A stretch of 64,000 nucleotides of DNA from an uncultured delta proteobacterium (GTDB lineage Bacteria; Desulfobacterota; Binatia; UBA9968): positions 128,001-192,000 of the forward strand of contig CAWJZV010000017.1 of assembly GCA_963847445.1 (NCBI GenBank), given 5' to 3'. Below the pieces are notes generated by a model. That model had not been told where the DNA came from. It saw nothing but the letters and a program-made list of their open reading frames with translations, and did not search any database. The translations under genes and the position numbers were made by a program. Below, piece after piece: positions 56,180 to 64,000 of the stretch (positions are counted from its first letter, which is position 1; each line of letters begins with the position of its first letter).

Positions 56180-57410
56180 GTGAGCGAGATTAACTACAAC
56201 ACAATCCAACCCGAAAACGGCGTGCCGATCAAAGCCTGGACCAAAGGCGTCGCCGTCGAGGCGTCGGCGGAGAAGCAGCTGCGCAATGTCGCGGCTATGC
56301 CATTTATCTACAAGTGGGTGGCGGCGATGCCGGATGTGCATTGGGGAATCGGCGCGACGGTGGGGAGCGTGATTCCGACCAAGGGCGCGATCATTCCTGC
56401 CGCGGTGGGAGTAGATATCGGTTGCGGCATGATGGCGGTCCAGACGACTTTGAACGGGAGCCAGTTGCCGGATAACTTGCGCGCGATTCGCACTGCCATC
56501 GAAAAGGCGGTGCCGCACGGGCGCACCGAGAACGGCCGCAAGGGCGATCGCGGCGCGTGGGGCGAGATTCCCAAGCGGCAGATCGGCGTTTGGCGCCAAC
56601 TTGAGCGCGGCTACAAAACGATTACAGCAAAGTATCCCAACTTGAACCGCGGCAACGACGTCAATCATCTCGGCACGCTGGGCACCGGCAATCATTTCAT
56701 CGAAGTGTGCTTGGACGAGAGCGATCGGGTGTGGTTCATGCTGCATAGCGGTTCGCGCGGCGTCGGCAACCGCATCGGGACCTTCTTCATCGATCTGGCG
56801 CGCAAGGATATGCGCCAGCATATCAAGAATCTGCCGGACCGGGATTTGGCCTACTTCGAGGAGGGCAGCGAGCATTTCGCGGACTATGTCGACGCGGTGA
56901 GCTGGGCGCAGAACTTTGCTTTGTGACAACCGCAAGCTGATGATGGAGCAGTTGATCGAGGCGGTGGAAAATTGCCGCGAGTTGCCGCCGTTTGCGCTGA
57001 CGGAAATCGCGGTCAATTGCCATCACAACTATGTTGCGCGCGAAGAACATTACGGCCAGCAGGTGTTTGTCACCCGCAAAGGCGCGGTGCGCGCGGGCAA
57101 GGGCGACATGGGCATCATCCCCGGCAGCATGGGCGCGCGTTCCTACATCGTCCGCGGCCTCGGCAACGACGAAAGTTTTCACTCGTGCAGTCATGGCGCG
57201 GGCCGCTTGATGTCGCGCAACGAGGCCAAGCGGCGCTTCAGTCTCGACGACCATATCAAAGCGACCGCCGGCATCGAGTGCCGTAAAGACTCCGACGTCA
57301 TCGACGAAACGCCGATGGCCTACAAGCCCATCGACGATGTCATGAACGCGCAGAAGGATTTGGTCGAGATCGTCCACACGCTGCGCCAGGTGGTGTGTGT
57401 GAAAGGATGA
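56180..57410 (+). CDS. rtcB: RtcB RNA-splicing/repair ligase (frameshift near 56920)
   Basis: MPDVHWG, VGVDIGCG, GTLGTGNHFIE, HSGSRG, HHNY, PGSMG, HGAGR, IDE.P.AYK and VKG motifs. Confidence 0.93.
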
Positions 57411-57476
57411 GATGGAGAATGGAGTACTGGAGTGTTGGGTGGTCTGGAGGCTATCTCAAATCTCTATTACCTTCAC

Positions 57477-58734
57477 TCACTCCAATCCCGGGTTTTGCAT
57501 GAACACCGATGGCTGCGAGCTTTTGCTTGGTTTCCGGATGGCGCATGGTGCGCTTCAAGACGAAATCGAACAGCAGCGGATTGTAGTCGTAGATCTCATT
57601 GAGCGCTGTGCGCTCTTCGCCGGTGATAAATCCGTCTCTTGCGAGTGACCTTGTGCGGATCAATGCGTTGATCGCCGGCAACGGGTAATCGCTGCCGTTG
57701 ACCAACCGGGGATGCAGATCTTGGCGTTTCAGCAGAGTCGTGAACGGCCCGGGCATGCGGTTGAATTGCAGCATCGCCGAGACCTCGCCGAAGACCAAGC
57801 CGCGATACTTCGCTTCATCCATCAAACGCAGAAATAGATCGAAGCAGTTGGCTTGCTTATCATTGTTGCCTTGGCCGTTGTCGAGGTCGGCGCAGCTGCC
57901 GAGGCTGGCGGCGTGAGCGATGATCACGCGGATGCCCATGTCCAATGGTTTGCGCAGTCTCAGCGGATTGCCGAGTTCTTGATCCTCCTCCGCTTCTACC
58001 GCTTGCTCTTCGCCGCCGTGGGACAAGAGGATCATGTTGTGTTCTTTCATCTTGCGGTAGAACGGCTCGATGGCTTTATTCGCCGGGTCCATGCCCATGG
58101 CGTTGGGCAGCCATTTTATATACTTCACTCCGGCCTTGCCCCATCTGTCCAATTCGTCGATCGCGTCCCGTCGATACGGGTGTAGCGAAATCACCGGAAG
58201 AAACACATCGGCGTACTGGCGCGCCAGCTCGACGACGTAATCGTTGGGCACATACATGGTGGTCTTGGATCAGATCCACGGTGCCGTCGGGCTTGTAGTG
58301 TTTGTCGAAGGCCAGGATGCGATATTTGCCCTGGCGTTTATTTGCCCGCGCCAGCCGGACCAGGCGGTTAATGTATTCTTGATCGGTGTCGTCGATATTT
58401 TTGACATCCGATGCGCTGGAATAAATGAGAAACTTGAGCCGCTCGAGATTGATGCCGCTGCGCATCTTCGGATTCACGAAAGCGTCTTTGACGCTGGTGC
58501 CGATGGCGAGCACATGGGTGTGGAAATCGACGAGCCGGGCTGGGTCGATGCCATCGAAGGCTTGGTCGATGAGTCGTTTAGTTGCGATCCGAGGCCTTTT
58601 GTTCGAGATCCTCGGGTTTTTGCGTGAACGCGCCGCCGATCCGGTCGATCAAGCAGCCGGAAAATAGCAGAAACACCGAATAGGCCGATCAATCGGCATA
58701 ACCGGGAAGCTGCACTGAGCCGGAAGTATTTCAT
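57477..58734 (-). CDS. Amidohydrolase family protein (several frameshifts)
   Basis: DFHTH, IKWLP, LSHGGEE, IIAHAA and NGSDYP motifs across frames. Confidence 0.8.
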
Positions 58735-58948
58735 GAGTGGCCACAGTTTCCACAACCGGCCCAGGCTGTCAAACTGGCGAGCGCCGGCGGTAAGAAAAGT
58801 GAACTGTCAGGAGTCTGCGCGGAACAGTTTTCGTCCGCAAGCGATGCGAATTGCCGCTTGGAATACTTAGAAAGATCAAGGCAAGCGATGGTACAGGGCT
58901 TGCGCTTGAAAAGCCTCATCCCTGTTCTGTCACCGGTCGGAGAGTGGT

Positions 58949-59314
58949 GTGGAGTTCGACGAAAGCCTTATCAGCAATACCCTGGAACACCGCGGCTGCG
59001 GCATCCGCGCCGCATCTTATGAAGTCGCGCCGAAGTCTTGGCTGCCAGAAGCCTGTGTGTGGGTGCACATGGAAACCGGCGCGCGTAAGATTTGGGTTCA
59101 CAGCTTTGCCCACTGCTTCGCCGCGGAGGAGCTCACCTTTTCCAGCAAACTCGACGCCGATTGTTGGGCACTGGTCACCGCCAAGTCGATCATCGATCGC
59201 GCATTCGAGCAGCCCAAGTCGTCCAGCCAAACTTGGGCGAGACCGCGGGCGAATTATTTTTCGCGTATCTGGGGTTTGACGCGCCGCTCACTCTCTGTCC
59301 GGCGCCATTCCTGA
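58949..59314 (+). CDS. Hypothetical protein
   Basis: GGAGAG RBS, GTG start, 121 codons; no recognised motif. Confidence 0.55.
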   Translation: MEFDESLISNTLEHRGCGIRAASYEVAPKSWLPEACVWVHMETGARKIWVHSFAHCFAAEELTFSSKLDADCWALVTAKSIIDRAFEQPKSSSQTWARPRANYFSRIWGLTRRSLSVRRHS

Positions 59315-59345
59315 CTAAGTCGCTTCATCCTTGGATGAATTCGAG

Positions 59346-59476
59346 AGGGCGGGTTTAAAACCCGCCCCTACATCGGATTTCCGCTCCGGATTTATTTTGT
59401 GCCCCTTGCCTTCTCTGCGGCCAACATTCCAAATCCGAATCTTAAACTCTGTGATCTCTGCGTGCTCTGTGGTGAG
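59346..59476. repeat. GTAG-type REP, GCAAAG arm and CACAGAG arm
   Basis: agggcgggtttaaaacccgcccctac; ctctgtgatctctgcgtgctctgtggtga. Confidence 0.75.
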
Positions 59477-59597
59477 TCCTTATGCTCTTTCCGTGGCGCA
59501 GCTACGATGTTACTCGATGGTCTTGACTTGACAGACCGTCGCGCCGTTTGTATTGAACAAGCTCCAGGCGTAACGCTTGTCGGCACGGGAGGACTAT

Positions 59598-60593
59598 ATG
59601 GATCTGCAAGAACTCAGTCAGTGGATGAAAGAACGCAACTTAAAGGGCCACTGGGAACACTCGGAATGGTCGCAGACGGTCAAGCCCTGTCTGTGGAACG
59701 GCGAAGAGATCATGCAAGCGCTCAACTGGTCCGGCGAGCTGATCACCACCGGCGAGGCGGGGCGACGGACAGTTCAGATGCGCAATCCGGGATTGTCCGC
59801 CGGCATGACCAACACCGTGCATATCTCGGTGCAGCTGGTAAAGCCCGGCGAGATCGCTGCGGCGCACCGCCACACCGCGGCGGCGATCCGTTTTGTCGTT
59901 AAAGGCACGCCCGACGCTTACACCGTCGTCGAGGGCGAGCGCTTCCCGATGTTCGAAGGCGATTTCATCACCACGCCCAACTGGACTTGGCACGATCACT
60001 TCAACAATTCCACCGAGCCGGTGATGTGGCTCGATGGTTTGGACGTCCGGCTGGTGACCCACTTTGGCGCGATGATTCAAGAGAATTTCAAAAAAGAGCA
60101 GCAGCCGCTGGAAAAGCCCGACAATCTGTCGTCGAAAGTATTTTCCCATACCCGGCCGAGCTGGGTGAAAAATGATTTTCAAGCGCCGCCGTATCGTTAT
60201 CCCTGGGAGGAAACCAATGCTGCGCTGCAAGCGCTCAAGGAGAGCGCCGGCGATCCCTACGACGGCATTCTCCTGGAATATACCAATCCGGTGGACGGCG
60301 GCCACACGCTGCCGACCTGCTCCTGTTCCATCCAACTGCTGCGGCCCAAGGAAAAAACCAAGTCGCATCGCCACACCAGTACGACGGTTTACTACGCCTT
60401 CCGCGGCCAAGGGACGGCCAAAGTATCGGCCAACGAATTCTCCTGGAAGCAGGGCGATATTTTCGTCGTGCCGTCGTGGATGTGGCACTCGCACGAGAAC
60501 ACCATGAGCGACGACGCGATCCTGTTTTCGATCAGCGATCGACCGTCGACCGAAGCGCTCGGGTTGTATCGGCAAGAGGGGGAAGCGTCTTAG
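59598..60593 (+). CDS. Gentisate 1,2-dioxygenase-like bicupin
   Basis: AHRHT..AIRF, TPNWTWHDH, WLDGLD, second cupin HRHT and VVPSW; GGAGG RBS. Confidence 0.88.
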   Translation: MDLQELSQWMKERNLKGHWEHSEWSQTVKPCLWNGEEIMQALNWSGELITTGEAGRRTVQMRNPGLSAGMTNTVHISVQLVKPGEIAAAHRHTAAAIRFVVKGTPDAYTVVEGERFPMFEGDFITTPNWTWHDHFNNSTEPVMWLDGLDVRLVTHFGAMIQENFKKEQQPLEKPDNLSSKVFSHTRPSWVKNDFQAPPYRYPWEETNAALQALKESAGDPYDGILLEYTNPVDGGHTLPTCSCSIQLLRPKEKTKSHRHTSTTVYYAFRGQGTAKVSANEFSWKQGDIFVVPSWMWHSHENTMSDDAILFSISDRPSTEALGLYRQEGEAS

Positions 60594-60699
60594 GATTTAG
60601 AGTCGAGGATGGAGGATCGAAGATCGGGATCGCAAGATTTTCGGCCGATAGATCGCAGCGAGTTGCGCGCCGACTATGCCCGATTGGAGCAGCCAGGGC

Positions 60700-61120
60700 G
60701 AGGCTCGCCTATGATCTCCATCAACGCTAGCATATCGCATAGCCCAGGATCGCGCTGAGATTCAGGCGATTTTGGATGAGATCGAGCGTGATAACCGATT
60801 CTCTCGCGACTTCCCATCGCGGCAGACGATCGTCGGACTGAGATCATGACGACCAAACGCCGGTAACTTCATTAGACTAGGCGACGAAATTCCAATCCGG
60901 CGGCCTTGAGCTTTTTTGCCGTTCGATTAACCGAAGCGAAACGTTTGTCGCTCGCCTATTGAACCTGCGGTGACGCCGATCTTTTTGCCTTAGATCTTGC
61001 AGGGTCTTGAATTTCGGCAGCGAGTAAAAAACTTTCGAAGGAACTCAGATGGCGTCGGCGAAACAAACAGCATCTGGCAACCGACGATTTACGCGCGCGA
61101 CGGTGTAATAGTTTTCGCAT
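60700..61120 (-). pseudogene. Heavily degraded NMT1/SsuA-type substrate-binding gene remnant
   Basis: GGAG followed by ATG near 61120, and a PKFKTLQDL-(K)GKKIGVT-like segment near 60970-61020; no continuous frame. Confidence 0.45.
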
Positions 61121-61151
61121 TATCGCTTACTCCTACGCAGCAGCGAATTTC

Positions 61152-62550
61152 TCAGCCACCCAGTCGAGCGGCGTTTTCGCCGGCCAATATTCCAGTCACG
61201 ATCGCTTGCATCAGGCCGCCGGTGTAGCCGCCGCGGTAGCCGCCCATCAGTCCGCCGATGGCGTCGCCGGCGGCGTAGAGGCCGGCGATCGGTTGGTCGC
61301 TTTGATTGAGCGCTTGGCCTTTGCCGTCGATGGCAATCCCGCCCATGGTGAAGGTGATGCCGGAGACCACCCGCAGGCCATAGAAGGGCGCGCGCAACAC
61401 TTTCGGTTTGCCGGTTCGCGTCACTGGCAACGACTTGGAGTCATTCGCGCTAACCGCGCGATTGTAGGACTCGATGGTTTGACTCAAGTTGGTGGCGTCG
61501 ACGCCGAGTTTTATTCGCTAAGCCTGCAACCGTGTCGTCGCAAAATAACTCGCCGCCGTTGTCGAGGATCCAGGGATTGGGCGCGGGGATTGCCAATGAC
61601 GTCGAAGACGGCGAACTCTTCGACGCTGCCCATGATTCGCCGTCGAAGATCAAAGTCGCGCCGGTGGGATCGTCGGTGCGGGAAAGCTCGTTGGCGACGG
61701 CGACATCGCCGCGCCCTTCGTCGACGAAGCGGTTACCGTTGCCATCGACTAAAACTCCTTCATCGACGAAAGAGTCCAAGCGCGGATAGGGCCAGAAGCG
61801 GTCGTCGGTGAGCGCTTTGCGCGCGATCAGGTGGCCGTAGAAATATTTCAGGTTGACCGCTTTGGCGCCGACTTCCAGCGCCATGCGCAGACCGTCGCCG
61901 GTGTCCTGCTTGGAGCCGCGCAGTTTGCAGCGGTCGGCGTGGGCGCCGATGTATTGCTTGACGAGTTCTTGGTTGGCGGCGAAGCCGCCGGTGGTAAGAA
62001 TTGTCGCGCGGGCGCGCAGTTCGACGGACTCGCCGTCGCGTTTGCCGATCAGGCCGACGACTCGGTTATTTTCAACGATCAGGCTGACGCCTTCGATGCC
62101 GTTGAGATAACTGCCGCCGAGATTGAGAAATTTTTGTTTGAGACTCGCGATGGCGCGCGGGCCGACATCTTTTTTGTAGACAGGTCCGAAGGAGATTTCG
62201 CTCTTCTGGTTGAGCCAGATTCTTCCCGGCGCGGTTTCTTCGATGGCGACACCGACGGTCTGCAACCAGTCGATGGCCCGGCCGCAGGTCTGCGACCAGG
62301 AGTTTACCAGGTCGGGATAGCCGACGCCTTCGGCCATGACGAAGTCGTAGAGCTCCTTGGCGCCGGTTTTTGGACTTTTGCCGCCGGCGCGCAGACTGCC
62401 CGACGCCATCAAGACGTTGCCGTCGCCGAGCTCGCCGCGGCTTTTGTCGACGAGCAAAACCTTGGCGCCTTGCTCCGACGCGCGCACCGCGGCGGTGAAG
62501 CCCGCTAAGCCGGCGCCGACGATAAGAATCTCAGTTTGCATTGTTTCCAT
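61152..62550 (-). CDS. FAD-dependent oxidoreductase, fumarate reductase/TcuA-like flavoprotein (frameshift near 61500)
   Basis: IVGAGLAG, TTGGF, TGDG, GNRFVDE, TFTMGG and GLYAAGD motifs. Confidence 0.87.
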
Positions 62551-62577
62551 GGTATTCTCTTGTTTGGGATAAATTTT

Positions 62578-62657
62578 TACCACGAAGACACGAAGGGCAC
62601 GAAGTTCGGAGAATAATTTGTCTCTAACCTTCGTGAACTTCGTGTCTTCGTGGTGAG
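62578..62657. repeat. Intact CACGAAG-type palindrome
   Basis: accacgaagacacgaagggcacgaag ... cttcgtgaacttcgtgtcttcgtggt. Confidence 0.88.
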
Positions 62658-62691
62658 ATCCTCTATTTCATATCAGAGACGAAGTTCACAA

Positions 62692-63695
62692 TTACGGCAG
62701 TTTGTAACCCAATTCCTTGGCCACTTCGGTCGCTAGGCCGGTCGTCGGCGACTTCGGCGAAATTTACTTTGCGATCGGTGAAGCGGCCCTGGGCTTGGAG
62801 CGAGCGCACCAGGTTGTCGATGCCGGGGCGGTTGGGGACGCCGGTTGGATTCAGCGTTGTCTGGAACGCGTCATAGGTGTCGGCGGCGCCCTGACTGTCC
62901 ATCTTCAAAAGCCGCATGATCAATTCGACGGTCTTGGGTTTGGATTTGCGCACTTCGTCTTTGGCGACTTGCAGCGCGCGGATGACGCGCCTGATTTCGG
63001 CGGGCCGCTCTTGCACGGTTTTCACCATGGCGGTCAGGCCGCCGCCGGGCATCTCGACCATGGCGCCGACATCCATGAGTTTGTTAAAGCCTTTTTTCGC
63101 CGCGGCAAAAATATGCGGCGGCGACATCAGCGCGGCGTCGACGAAACCGGATTCGAGGGAATAGAGAATCTGCAGTTGCTGGCCGGGTATGGCGACCATC
63201 GTGTAGTCTTTCGGGTTGAAGCCGGATCTTTCCAACGCAATCGTCAGCGCTACATGGTTGGTGCCGCCGACGCCGCCGGAGAGGGCGATCTTTTTGCCTT
63301 TGAGATCCTGCAGCGTCTTGTACTGCGGCGCGGCCTGGATCCAGTAGGAGATCCGATCCGAGGAAAACCAAATAGCACGCGACTGCAATCCGGTGAGTGT
63401 CGCGGCCACCGATGCCGGCCCGACGCCGGCGACGTAATCGATGTCGCCCTGGGCCATGGCCGCGGCGCCGATGGGCGGGCTCATGACGATGATTTCAACG
63501 TCGAGACCATTGGCATTGAATGTGCCCCAATCGCGCGCGGCCAGGAGCGGCAGCGCGGTGATGGTCAGGCCGGCGTTGGAGATGCGCACTTTGGCGCGCT
63601 TGTCCTGGCTCGCCGCCGGGAGAGCGTTGAGAATGATTAGGAACAGTGCGAAGCAAATTTTGCCAGACTAATTTTCGCGGTGATAATCGATTCAT
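62692..63695 (-). CDS. NMT1/SsuA-type substrate-binding protein (frameshifts near both ends)
   Basis: NGLDVEII and TLQDLKGKKIA motifs; the ELGYKLP-stop C-terminus lies in a shifted frame. Confidence 0.82.
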
Positions 63696-63739
63696 GACGG
63701 TCCTCTATCTGACCTCTGACCTCGGATTTCCGACCTCCG

Positions 63740-64000
63740 TCATCTGATCAACTTGTTCGCGCGCGCCAGCACCTCCGGCGCAATCGTCACGCCGATCTGT
63801 TTCGCCGTTTTGAGATTGATCACGAATTCAAACTTCATCGGCTGCTCCACCGGCAGATCTCCTGGCTTGGCGCCCTTCAGGATTCTGTCCACGTAATATG
63901 CGACGCGCCGGTAGCTCTCCGTTTGGTCCGCCCCGTAGTACATGAGCCCGCCGGCATCTACGGCTTCTGAGTTGCTGTGCACGGACGGCAACCGGCTCTT
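63740..64000 (-). CDS. 3' end of an ABC_sub_bind-type (COG2984-like) substrate-binding protein, partial
   Basis: YVDRILKGAKPGDLPVEQP.KFEFVINLKTAK.IG motif. Confidence 0.88.
   Translation of the reverse strand, partial: KSRLPSVHSNSEAVDAGGLMYYGADQTESYRRVAYYVDRILKGAKPGDLPVEQPMKFEFVINLKTAKQIGVTIAPEVLARANKLIR

Noticed and set aside
56924-56926. TGA ending the first rtcB ORF as possible Sec
   Set aside because: The downstream half is in a different frame, so this is an indel, and it is not a conserved Cys position.
58916-59230. Minus-strand 104-aa ORF
   Set aside because: It overlaps the plus-strand ORF 58949-59314, which has a clear RBS.
13188-63640. Long antisense or alternate-frame ORFs (e.g. 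13188-14105, 17677-18666, 19558-20514, 56060-57016, 59640-60575, 62717-63640)
   Set aside because: Shadow ORFs of well-supported genes in GC-rich DNA, with no motifs.

Overview
GC-rich bacterial chromosomal segment of about 55 genes. No rRNA, tRNA, CRISPR array, integrase or transposase was seen. Gene content is five TctC/Bug-type and about a dozen NMT1/SsuA-type solute-binding proteins, three LLM oxidoreductases, amidohydrolases, cupins and racemase-like enzymes; this resembles Candidatus Binatia/deltaproteobacterial MAGs (inference). More than 20 genes carry 1-2 nt frameshifts, most likely uncorrected long-read errors. Main findings: (1) two in-frame TGA codons at conserved Cys positions, each followed 10-11 nt later by a bacterial SECIS-like hairpin. 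One is an exported peroxiredoxin (TPT-U, 10851). The other is a class III adenylate cyclase with an N-terminal CxxC...CxxU module (TGA at 50545-50543), a candidate new selenoprotein family. (2) A complete sigma54 module: an activator with a Cys-less LOV-like PAS domain, a perfect 19-bp inverted-repeat enhancer, a -24/-12 promoter, a fasciclin gene and a terminator. (3) Several families of intergenic REP-like palindromes nested inside one another at recurring positions. (4) A GIY-YIG-like/TM/SPOR fusion, a degenerate GGDEF protein and a synonymously recoded Walker A fragment.
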